A DNA stretch of 64,000 bases, taken from positions 2,233,442 to 2,297,441 of the forward strand of contig OY730440.1 in assembly GCA_963422655.1 (NCBI GenBank). The letters run 5' to 3'. Positions 56,419-64,000 of the stretch are shown one piece after another. A program made the translations under genes and the position numbers. Below the pieces are notes generated by a model, which was given only the letters and a program-made list of their open reading frames with translations, ran no database searches and had not been told where the DNA came from. Source of the stretch: Acidimicrobiales bacterium (GTDB lineage: Bacteria; Actinomycetota; Acidimicrobiia; Acidimicrobiales; Aldehydirespiratoraceae). How positions within the stretch are numbered: position 1 is the stretch's first letter; every line of letters begins with the position of its first letter.

Positions 56419-57768
56419 ATGCGGGTAGCGATCATCGGAGCCGGACCGTGCGGAATGGCACAATTGCACGCCTTTGCCAGTGACCGGGCCGCGTCGGCGA
56501 CCAAGGCCGCGGTCCCCGAGTTGGTCTGCTACGAGAAGCAGAGCGACTGGGGCGGACTGTGGAACTACACCTGGCGCGTCGGCCTCGACGAGCACGGCGA
56601 GCCCTGCCACGGCAGCATGTACCGCTACCTGTGGTCGAACGGCCCCAAGGAGTGCCTGGAATTCGCCGACTACGGCTTCGAAGAGCACTTCGGCAAACCG
56701 GTGGGCTCGTTCCCGCCCCGGGCAGTTCTATACGACTACATAGCGGGCCGGGCCGACCGCAGCGGAATCCGCGACCGCATCCGCTTCAACCACGCCGTAC
56801 GTAACGTGAGCCGTTCCACCGATACGGGCCGATTCACGGTGACGGCTCACGACTACGGCACCGATTCCACCAGCAGCGAGGACTTCGACTACGTGGTGGT
56901 GGCCAGCGGACACTTCTCCACCCCGAACATGCCCCACTACCTTGGCTACGAGACCTTCGGGGGCACGCTGCTGCACGCCCACGACTTCCGCGACGCGGTG
57001 GCGTTCAACAACCGCGACGTGTTGGTGATCGGGTCGAGCTATTCAGCCGAGGACATCGCCTCACAGTGCTGGAAGTACGGGGCCCGGTCGGTCATCTGCT
57101 CGTCGCGCCACGGCCCGATGGGGTTCGACTGGCCCGACGGGATCACCGAGAAGCCCATCCTCACCCGGGTGCAGGGCCGCACCGTGTATTTCATCGACGG
57201 CACCTCCACCGAGGTGGATGCCATCATCTCCTGCACCGGCTACCAGCACCACTTCCCGTTCATGGATGACGATCTACGACTGGTGACCACCAACCGGCTG
57301 GCCACTTCCATGCTGTACCGGGGTGTGGTGTTCCAGCCCGACAACCGGGTGATGTACCTGGGGATGCAGGACCAGTGGTACACGTTCAACATGTTCGATG
57401 CCCAGGCCTGGTATGCCCGGGACGTGATCCTGGGCCGCATCGCTTTACCCGGCGCCGATGAGCAGGCCGGCTGGATCGCTGAGCAGCAGGCGGCCGAGGA
57501 CGCCCTCGAAGACGACTATCAGGCCATCGACTTCCAGGGCGCCTACACCCAGGACCTGGTGGACCGCACCGACTACCCCGATTTCGACACGGCGCTGATC
57601 AACCGGATGTTCAAGGACTGGAAGAAGCACAAGAAGCTGTCGATCGTCGCTTACCGAGACCACGGCCACACATCGCCGCTCACCGGCACGATGGCGCCGG
57701 TGCACCACACGCCGTGGGCCGAAGCCATGGACGACTCGCTGGAGTCCTACCTGGCCGAGTCGGGCTGA
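56419..57768 (+). CDS. tmm: Flavin-containing monooxygenase, trimethylamine monooxygenase-like
   Basis: 449 aa with GAGPCG (FAD), the FMO motif [11 protein letters not shown] and [10 protein letters not shown] (NADPH). Confidence 0.8.
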   Translation: MRVAIIGAGPCGMAQLHAFASDRAASATKAAVPELVCYEKQSDWGGLWNYTWRVGLDEHGEPCHGSMYRYLWSNGPKECLEFADYGFEEHFGKPVGSFPPRAVLYDYIAGRADRSGIRDRIRFNHAVRNVSRSTDTGRFTVTAHDYGTDSTSSEDFDYVVVASGHFSTPNMPHYLGYETFGGTLLHAHDFRDAVAFNNRDVLVIGSSYSAEDIASQCWKYGARSVICSSRHGPMGFDWPDGITEKPILTRVQGRTVYFIDGTSTEVDAIISCTGYQHHFPFMDDDLRLVTTNRLATSMLYRGVVFQPDNRVMYLGMQDQWYTFNMFDAQAWYARDVILGRIALPGADEQAGWIAEQQAAEDALEDDYQAIDFQGAYTQDLVDRTDYPDFDTALINRMFKDWKKHKKLSIVAYRDHGHTSPLTGTMAPVHHTPWAEAMDDSLESYLAESG

Positions 57769-57805
57769 TCGGCCGAGCCGAGCAAAGCGCAGCGCTGCGC
57801 AGGCG

Positions 57806-60262
57806 GTGGACATGGACGACGTGATCATCGTCGGGGGCGGCATCGGCGGCCTCACCTTGGCGCTGATGTTGCACCAGCGGGGCATCGGTGCCCGCGTCTA
57901 CGAGTCCGCTCCCGAGATCGAACCGGTCGGCGTGGGTATCAGCCTCCTGCCCCATGCCAGCAAGGAGTTGGGTTTGCTGGGTCTGGAAGATGCTCTGAGC
58001 ACGGTAGCGGTCACCACCACGGCGTCCCGCTTCTTCAACCGTTTCGGGCAGCTCGTCTACTCTGAGCCGGTCGGGCGCTTCGCTGGCTACGACTGGCCCC
58101 AGTTCCAGATCCACCGGGGCGACCTGCAACAGGTGCTTTACGAGGCCTACGTCGCCCGGGTCCCCGATGGGGCCGAACGGGTGGTCACCGGCCATCGTTG
58201 CGTGGGCGTGGAACAGGACGGCCACGGCGCCGTCGCCCGTTTCGTCGATCCCTCCACGGGCCGGGATCGGGGTGCGGCCCGGGGTGCGGCGGTGATAGGC
58301 TGCGACGGGATCGGTTCAGCGGTACGCCGCCAGTTCTTCCCCGACGAGGGCCCGCCCATCTACTCCGGTGTGAACATGTGGCGGGGCGTGACCGTTTGGG
58401 AGCCCTTCCTCGGTGGGTCCACCTACCTGCGGGCGGGCTGGCTCACTTGCGGCAAGATGGTGATCTATCCGATCCGTCACAACGTCGACGGCGAGGGTCG
58501 CCAGCTCGTCAACTGGGTGGCGGAGGTGCAGACCGACGAATACAACGAGCAGGACTGGAACCGGATCGGTCGCTTGGAGGATTTCTACGATGTGTTCGCG
58601 GATTGGACCTTCGACTGGCTCGACGTGGCCGGGCTCATCCGCAGCACCGCCGAGATCCTCGAGTACCCGATGGTCGACCGCGATCCTCTGCCCCGGTGGA
58701 GCCACGGCCGGGTGACACTGCTGGGTGACGCCGCCCATCCCATGTATCCCCGTGGCTCCAACGGCGCAGGTCAGGCCGTCCTCGACGCCTACGCCTTGGC
58801 CGAATGCCTGCAGTCGTCGGCTACGGTGGCCGAAGGGTTGAAGGCTTACGAGGACCGCCGTCTCGGTGCCACCGCGGCTGTGGTCCGGGCCAGTCGGGCC
58901 GCTCCCCCTGACGTGATCCTGCAGGAAGTCCACGAGCGCACCGGCGACCGGCCCTTCGAGCGCATCGAGGACGTGATCACGCCCCAAGAGATGGCTGCCC
59001 TGTCCGACGGATACAAGCGGGTGGCCGGCTACGACCGCGAATCCCTGACAACTACGCCTCGCCCGAAATCCGAGAGAAAACCGGCACCCTCCGACGCCGA
59101 CGTGATCGTCGTCGGCGCCGGCATCATGGGAGCGAGCATCGCCTTCGGTTTGGCGGTGCGGTCCGACGCCCGGGTGCTGGTCATCGACGAACGCCCGCCT
59201 GTGGGCGGGATCTCGGGAAGGACTTTCGGCCAAGTCCGTCAGCACTATTCCAACCGGCTGCTGGTGAAGATGGCCATGCGGGGCTTCGAGGTGATCGGGA
59301 ACTGGCGAGAAGAGGTCGGGGTCGGTGACCCGGGTTATGCCCGGCTCGGCTACCTCCTGCTGGTTGCCGAGGATCAACTCGACGCTTTGCGCCGCAACGT
59401 CGAGCTCGGGCAGAGTTGCGGTGTAGACACCCGTTTCGTGAGCCCCGGCGAGATCGCCGCCATCGAGCCGCTGCTGATCACCGACGACTTGGCCGGCGGA
59501 GCCTACGAACCCGACGGCGGCTACGTCGATGTCACCAAGATGGTGCTGAGCTGGTTGATGGCAGCCCGGATGCACGGCGCCGAGATCTTGGCTGGAGTGG
59601 AAGTGACCGCGCTCAGAACCAGCGGTGACGATCTGGTCGGGGTGTCGACCTCGATCGGCGACATAGATGCCCCGGTAGTGGTGACGGCAACCGGGGCATG
59701 GGGAGGCGAGCTCCTCGATCCGTTGGGCGTATCGGTGCCGCTACAGCGACGCCGGTTGGACATGGCCGTGCTCGAGATCGAACCGGGCCGACCCCAGTTG
59801 CACGCTTGCGTCACCGACGGTAACTCCAATATCGTGGTGCGCCCCGATATGGGCCGTCACATCCTGGCCGTTGCCTACCCCGACGACATGGCGACCGTGG
59901 ATGACCCACTGGCTCCCGGTCCCGATAACGACCTCCGAGCCCACTTGGATCGGCTCGATCGAGCCTTCGCGGCCCGGATGCCGACCATGCGAGGCGCGAC
60001 GGTGGTCCGCCACGTGAGCGGGGCGTATGACGTCACCCCGGACTACCACCCCGTGATCGGCTGGGCCCCCGAGATCGGCGGCCTCTTCTTGGCCCTGGGA
60101 TTTTCGGGCCACGGGCTGAAACTGTCACCGGCGGTCGGGGAGATCGTGGCCGCGGCCGTGCTCGGTCACGAGCCGCCCTTCGACATCGGCGCCCTGCGGC
60201 TGGGCCGCTTCGACGACGGCGACCACATGTTCTGCGCCTACGGGCCGGGCGCCCGAGCCTGA
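57806..60262 (+). CDS. Fusion of a group-A-type FAD monooxygenase and a DAO/sarcosine-oxidase-beta-like FAD oxidoreductase
   Basis: The N-half has VIIVGGGIGGLTLA, GCDGIGSAVR and LLGDAAHPMYPRGSNGAGQA. The linker is TTTPRPKSERKPAPS. The C-half has VIVVGAGIMGASIAFGLA and GFSGHGLKLSPAVGE. Confidence 0.8.
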   Translation: MDMDDVIIVGGGIGGLTLALMLHQRGIGARVYESAPEIEPVGVGISLLPHASKELGLLGLEDALSTVAVTTTASRFFNRFGQLVYSEPVGRFAGYDWPQFQIHRGDLQQVLYEAYVARVPDGAERVVTGHRCVGVEQDGHGAVARFVDPSTGRDRGAARGAAVIGCDGIGSAVRRQFFPDEGPPIYSGVNMWRGVTVWEPFLGGSTYLRAGWLTCGKMVIYPIRHNVDGEGRQLVNWVAEVQTDEYNEQDWNRIGRLEDFYDVFADWTFDWLDVAGLIRSTAEILEYPMVDRDPLPRWSHGRVTLLGDAAHPMYPRGSNGAGQAVLDAYALAECLQSSATVAEGLKAYEDRRLGATAAVVRASRAAPPDVILQEVHERTGDRPFERIEDVITPQEMAALSDGYKRVAGYDRESLTTTPRPKSERKPAPSDADVIVVGAGIMGASIAFGLAVRSDARVLVIDERPPVGGISGRTFGQVRQHYSNRLLVKMAMRGFEVIGNWREEVGVGDPGYARLGYLLLVAEDQLDALRRNVELGQSCGVDTRFVSPGEIAAIEPLLITDDLAGGAYEPDGGYVDVTKMVLSWLMAARMHGAEILAGVEVTALRTSGDDLVGVSTSIGDIDAPVVVTATGAWGGELLDPLGVSVPLQRRRLDMAVLEIEPGRPQLHACVTDGNSNIVVRPDMGRHILAVAYPDDMATVDDPLAPGPDNDLRAHLDRLDRAFAARMPTMRGATVVRHVSGAYDVTPDYHPVIGWAPEIGGLFLALGFSGHGLKLSPAVGEIVAAAVLGHEPPFDIGALRLGRFDDGDHMFCAYGPGARA

Positions 60263-60645
60263 CCGGGTAGGTCGGGGTCGAGGCGGTGGTAATCACTGGC
60301 CTCGGCCCCGAACACCGCTGCGTTGGTGGTGAGACCGGTGGGGGAATCCAGCGTTCCGGCGGCAATGGAAATGGCTTCGGGTCGGTCGGTGCACCGCCAG
60401 AACAGGCTGCTGCCACAGTGCGAACAGAACCCGTAGGCCACGGCCGGCTCCTCGGCCGGGGTCCACCACCTGAGGGTGTTACCGGTGTCGTCGAGGGCGA
60501 GGTCGCTCACGGCGGTTCTGGTGGCGGCCATGAAATGGCCCGTCCAGTGCCGACACCGGTGGCAATGGCAGTTGATCACCGGGCGGAGCGGGCCCGTGAG
60601 CGTGAAGCGCACCGAGGCACATGAGCATCGGCCGGTAAGAGCCAC
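60238..60645 (-). CDS. GFA (glutathione-dependent formaldehyde-activating / CENP-V) family protein
   Basis: 135 aa with the Cys clusters CSCASVRF, CHCHRCRHWTG and FCSHCGSSLFW. Confidence 0.75.
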   Translation of the reverse strand: MALTGRCSCASVRFTLTGPLRPVINCHCHRCRHWTGHFMAATRTAVSDLALDDTGNTLRWWTPAEEPAVAYGFCSHCGSSLFWRCTDRPEAISIAAGTLDSPTGLTTNAAVFGAEASDYHRLDPDLPGQARAPGP

Positions 60646-60651
60646 GGGCCG

Positions 60652-61983
60652 TCAGCTCCAGGGGAACGGGCTGTTGGAGACCGGGTGGAGCCGGCCTTGG
60701 GCGTACCGGCTGTAGCGGAACGGTTCCAGCAACCCCTGGGGCTGGCCCATGATCTCCTTGGCCACCAAGGCCCCGACGCCGATCATCTTGTAGCCGTGGT
60801 TGGAGTCGGCGATGAAGTAGACGTTGTCGGCGAACACGTCGAACACCGGGAAGCTGTCGGGGGTGAAGCTGCCGATGCCGCCCGAGGGTTCCTTGCTGAT
60901 CAGGTGGCTCTTACCCTCGAAGCGCTTCTGACAGAAAGCCAGAGCCGCGGTCCAGGTGCGGTGGAACTCGGCGCCCACCACGAAGTCGGGAGACTCGGGC
61001 CCGTAAGGGTCGACCGCCACCTCCGAGCCGGGCTTGTCCACCCGGTAGGGCATGTAACCGCCCTGTACCCCTCCGAAATTGAAGTCCGGTTTGTAGTAGA
61101 CGCCCCACGGGTGCTCGGTCACCAGCCCGTGCTCGTCGTAAAGAGCGGCGTCGGTGTCGATGTGCACCACCGGCCCCATGTTGCCGTCGTTGTCGACCAG
61201 GTAGCCGGGATCAACTTGAAGGGTTCCTTCCTGCAACGCCCAGTAGGTCCACGTCGCCATGTCATGAAGGTCGCCATCGGACCCCAGCACCCCGGTGACG
61301 GTGGGGAGGTCGAGCATGGCCCACTGGCTCTGGACCCAGGGCCCGGTGGCGACGATCACCTGATCACAGGCTATGGAGCCCTGATCGGTGACGACGGCGG
61401 TTACCGCCCCCGAGGCGTCACGATCGAAGCCCTCGTGGGTGACCCCGGCGATGAGGGTGACCCCTTCGGCCTCGGCTCTGGCCCACAAACCCTTGAGCGA
61501 CGCCATGTTGTTGGCGTAGCCGCCCCGGTGCTCGTGCAGCACGCTGGTGATTCCTCGGGCCTGCCAGTCCTCAAAGATACCCCGCATGTAAGCCATGGAC
61601 GCATCGGCACCCTCGACGAACGTCGAGTCATAGCCGATGGCTCGTTGCTGTTCGTGGATCGAGGCGACATCGTCGTGCATGGCTTCGTGGCTGATCTGAA
61701 GGTACCCCACCGGGTGGTAGGAGAACCCTTCGGGGTCACTGTCCCAAACGCTCACCGAATGGGCCATCAGCTCCCGCATGGCGGGCTGGAAGTAGTTGTT
61801 GCGGATGACGCCGCAGGCGATGCCCGACGCGCCCGCCCCGATGCCGGTCTTGTCGACGATGACGATGTCGGAGCCCGGGCCCCGCCCGGCCGCTTCGAGC
61901 TCTCTGGCCAGGTGCCAGGCCGTGGAGAGGCCGTGGATGCCGGCACCGACGATCACGTACTTGGCAGTGGCCAGGGATGCCAT
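60652..61983 (-). CDS. FAD-dependent oxidoreductase (DAO family, sarcosine-oxidase-beta-like)
   Basis: 443 aa with KYVIVGAGIHGLSTAWHLA. Confidence 0.8.
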   Translation of the reverse strand: MASLATAKYVIVGAGIHGLSTAWHLARELEAAGRGPGSDIVIVDKTGIGAGASGIACGVIRNNYFQPAMRELMAHSVSVWDSDPEGFSYHPVGYLQISHEAMHDDVASIHEQQRAIGYDSTFVEGADASMAYMRGIFEDWQARGITSVLHEHRGGYANNMASLKGLWARAEAEGVTLIAGVTHEGFDRDASGAVTAVVTDQGSIACDQVIVATGPWVQSQWAMLDLPTVTGVLGSDGDLHDMATWTYWALQEGTLQVDPGYLVDNDGNMGPVVHIDTDAALYDEHGLVTEHPWGVYYKPDFNFGGVQGGYMPYRVDKPGSEVAVDPYGPESPDFVVGAEFHRTWTAALAFCQKRFEGKSHLISKEPSGGIGSFTPDSFPVFDVFADNVYFIADSNHGYKMIGVGALVAKEIMGQPQGLLEPFRYSRYAQGRLHPVSNSPFPWS

Positions 61984-62012
61984 GTCCTTGCTCCTGAACG
62001 AATAGTTTTCGA

Positions 62013-62456
62013 CTAGTGGGCGGCGGGGGGCTCCCAGCCTTCGAGCACGGGCGGGCGCCAGTCGGTTCCGACCGTTCGCGACTTCTCCTGCCAGGGGCCC
62101 AGTTGAACCTGCGGAAACTTGCAGTGGACGGCTTTGAGAGCGATGCCGTAGGAGTTGCCCTCCATGAGATGTTTGATGAGCACCTTGCGGGCCATCTCGT
62201 TTTCACGTCCGGCCGGGATCTCGAAGTAGATCTTGATGAAAGAGTTCGAGTACCGGTCGAAGACGGCGGGTACGCCGTCCTCGGTGAGCAGTTCGATGTC
62301 CTCGAGCCAGTTGATGTCGGAGCCCGGCGTAACTGCCAGCAGGTCGATGTCTTCTACCACCGACATGTCACTCTGGTAGGCGAACCGCTTGCCGGCCAAC
62401 TGCTCGGCGTCGATGGCAACGGTCCGGGCGCCGGTGTCGGATCTGGGTGCGCCCAT
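62013..62456 (-). CDS. Hypothetical protein (147 aa) between the FMN subunit and the DAO oxidoreductase
   Basis: Compact ORF starting 1 nt after the upstream stop. It has native codon usage and no motif I can name. Confidence 0.55.
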   Translation of the reverse strand: MGAPRSDTGARTVAIDAEQLAGKRFAYQSDMSVVEDIDLLAVTPGSDINWLEDIELLTEDGVPAVFDRYSNSFIKIYFEIPAGRENEMARKVLIKHLMEGNSYGIALKAVHCKFPQVQLGPWQEKSRTVGTDWRPPVLEGWEPPAAH

Positions 62457-62457
62457 C

Positions 62458-63894
62458 TCAGATACCTCCGTTCGAGGCCTGCTTGGCGATCAGGTCGCGC
62501 ATCTCGGTCAGCGCCTTCTCCTCGGTGATCCCGGGGATGTAGCTGCTGCCGGCCAAAGGGACCTTGGCCATGGCCGACGCCTCGTAGGTGAGCGCAGCCA
62601 AGTCCTCGGGTTCCAGGGAGTGCACGTCGGTCTTGCCGCAGGCCCGGGCCAGCATCTGCACTTCCATGGTGAGGGTGATCAAGAAGTTGTAGACCCGCAG
62701 TGCGGCCTCGTCCACGTCGAGGCGCTTGCGCAGCTCCACATCTTGAGTGGCCACCCCCACCGGGCAACGGCCGGTGTGGCAGTGGTAGCACTGGCCGGCG
62801 GGTACTCCGACGGTGCCCTCGTAATCGGTGACGCCTACGATCTCCTTGTTGCAGTTGAGAGCCATGAGCGCGGCAGTGCCGATGGCGACGGCGTTGGCCC
62901 CCAAGGCCAGACACTTGGCGACGTCGCCGCCGTTGCGGATGCCGCCGGCCACGACCAGATCGATGTCGTCGGCCAAGCCGACGTCTTCGAGGGCGCGCCG
63001 AGCTTCGGGGATGGCCGCCATGAGCGGGATCCCGGTCTCTTCGGTGGCCAAGTGGGGGCCAGCGCCGGTGCTGCCTTCGGCACCGTCGAGATAGATGGTG
63101 TCGGGGCCACATTTGGCGGCCATGCGGACATCGTCGTAGACCCGGGACGCTCCCAGTTTGAGCTGGATCGGTATCTGGTAGTCGGTGGCTTCTCTCGTTT
63201 CCTGGATCTTGAGGGAGAGATCGTCAGGTCCGAGCCAGTCCGGATGCCGAGCCGGGGACCGCTGATCGATCCCGGCCGGCAGAGACCGCATCTCCGCGAC
63301 CTGTTCGGTCACTTTCTGCCCCATGAGATGACCGCCCAAACCGACCTTGCAGCCCTGACCGATGAAGAACTCGGCCGCGTCGGCCAGCATCAGGTGGTGG
63401 GGGTTGAAGCCGTAACGGCTCTGGATGATCTGGTAGAACCACTTCGTGGACAGGTCGCGCTCGGGTGGGATCATGCCCCCCTCACCCGAGCAGGTGGCGG
63501 TGCCGGCCATCGAGGCTCCCTTGGCCAAGGCCATCTTGGCCTCGATCGACAGCGCCCCGAAGCTCATGCCGGTGATGTAGACGGGGATGTCGAGCTCGAG
63601 GGGCTTCTTGGCGAACCGGGCCCCCAACACGGTTTTGGTCTCGCACTTCTCCCGGTAACCCTCGATCACGAACCGGGTGAGGGTTCCGGGTAGAAACACC
63701 AGCTCGTCCCAGTGGGGGATCTTCTTGAACAGCGAGAAGCCTCGCATGCGGTAACGGCCCAGCTCGGCCTTCACGTGGATGTCGTTGATGACCGTGGGGG
63801 TGAAGATCCGGCTCTGGCCCAAGAGATCGGTGTTGGCGTTGACCAGTGCCGCATCCGGTTCGGCTCGGTTATCGGCATTTTTTGGTTGTTGCAC
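62458..63894 (-). CDS. FMN-binding glutamate-synthase-domain-2-like protein (MgsC paralogue)
   Basis: It contains FFIGQGCKVGLGGHLMG and VAGGIRNGGDVAKCLALGANAV. The preferred start is GTG 63894, with GGGAGG 8 nt upstream; the ORF opens at 63972. Confidence 0.8.
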   Translation of the reverse strand: MQQPKNADNRAEPDAALVNANTDLLGQSRIFTPTVINDIHVKAELGRYRMRGFSLFKKIPHWDELVFLPGTLTRFVIEGYREKCETKTVLGARFAKKPLELDIPVYITGMSFGALSIEAKMALAKGASMAGTATCSGEGGMIPPERDLSTKWFYQIIQSRYGFNPHHLMLADAAEFFIGQGCKVGLGGHLMGQKVTEQVAEMRSLPAGIDQRSPARHPDWLGPDDLSLKIQETREATDYQIPIQLKLGASRVYDDVRMAAKCGPDTIYLDGAEGSTGAGPHLATEETGIPLMAAIPEARRALEDVGLADDIDLVVAGGIRNGGDVAKCLALGANAVAIGTAALMALNCNKEIVGVTDYEGTVGVPAGQCYHCHTGRCPVGVATQDVELRKRLDVDEAALRVYNFLITLTMEVQMLARACGKTDVHSLEPEDLAALTYEASAMAKVPLAGSSYIPGITEEKALTEMRDLIAKQASNGGI

Positions 63895-63908
63895 CCTCTC
63901 GACCTCCC

Positions 63909-64000
63909 TCAGATCACGAGTTTGCGTTCGGACGGCTCGAGGTTGTCGTAGTTGTAGAGTTGCTTGCCGCACACGAACTTCTGGAGCTCGGGCGGCGTTC
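63909..64000 (-). CDS. 3' end of an upstream gene (partial), tail resembles the GXGXG/MgsB subunit C-terminus
   Basis: The minus strand reads ...TPPELQKFVCGKQLYNYDNLEPSERKLVI* with TGA at 63911-63909. Compare the MgsB tail ...RYGSARDLYNFHVDDIDAEIET in this window. Confidence 0.35.
   Translation of the reverse strand, partial: TPPELQKFVCGKQLYNYDNLEPSERKLVI

Noticed and set aside
60685-63693. Plus-strand ORFs 60685..62016 (443 aa) and 62389..63693 (434 aa)
   Set aside because: They mirror the minus-strand DAO and FMN-subunit genes almost end to end. The minus-strand frames carry the GxGxxG and GltB-like motifs.
1-64000. tRNA, rRNA, riboswitch or other structured RNA genes in the intergenic regions
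   Set aside because: Inspection of all spacers over 70 nt showed no cloverleaf-compatible sequence or recognisable riboswitch core. The spacers checked were 2847-3028, 8428-8720, 19881-20041, 24056-24128, 24924-25049, 38307-38599, 41573-41760 and 51114-51621. A covariance-model scan would be needed to be certain.

Overview
High-GC, actinobacterial-type chromosomal segment; assigning it to an Acidimicrobiia-like lineage is inference only. No tRNA, rRNA, CRISPR array, integrase or transposase was found.

(1) 1-27.3 kb holds fusA'-tuf-rpsJ and the S10/spc/alpha ribosomal superoperon: rplC-rplD-rplW-rplB-rpsS-rplV-rpsC-rplP-rpmC-rpsQ-rplN-rplX-rplE-rpsN-rpsH-rplF-rplR-rpsE-rpmD-rplO-secY-adk-infA-rpmJ-rpsM-rpsK-rpsD-rpoA-rplQ. 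It continues with truA, a SAM methyltransferase and rplM-rpsI-glmM. The normally contiguous rpsJ-rplC junction is broken by about 7 kb. This insert carries an AI-2E transporter gene and a low-GC, translationally coupled two-gene cassette: a COG1373/DUF4143-type AAA+ ATPase plus a ~1373-aa NACHT/STAND NTPase. Both proteins end in PD-(D/E)xK-like modules. This is my top candidate for an undescribed (defence-like) system.

(2) 27.2-38.3 kb holds a DUF368 membrane protein, an XRE-cupin regulator and a complete N-methylglutamate methylamine pathway (gmaS, mgsABC, mgdABCD).

(3) 38.3-51.6 kb is a block that splits the methylated-amine genes. It contains a repeat array, a UvrD-type helicase with a RelE-like N-terminus, a DUF5131 (Gp37/Gp68) protein and small membrane proteins. 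It also holds a tightly coupled Tad-like pilus operon preceded by two repeat-rich secreted proteins.

(4) 51.6-64 kb holds amt followed by mini membrane ORFs, tdm, tmm and an 818-aa double-flavoprotein fusion. A GFA protein and a second glutamate-synthase-like/DAO module follow.
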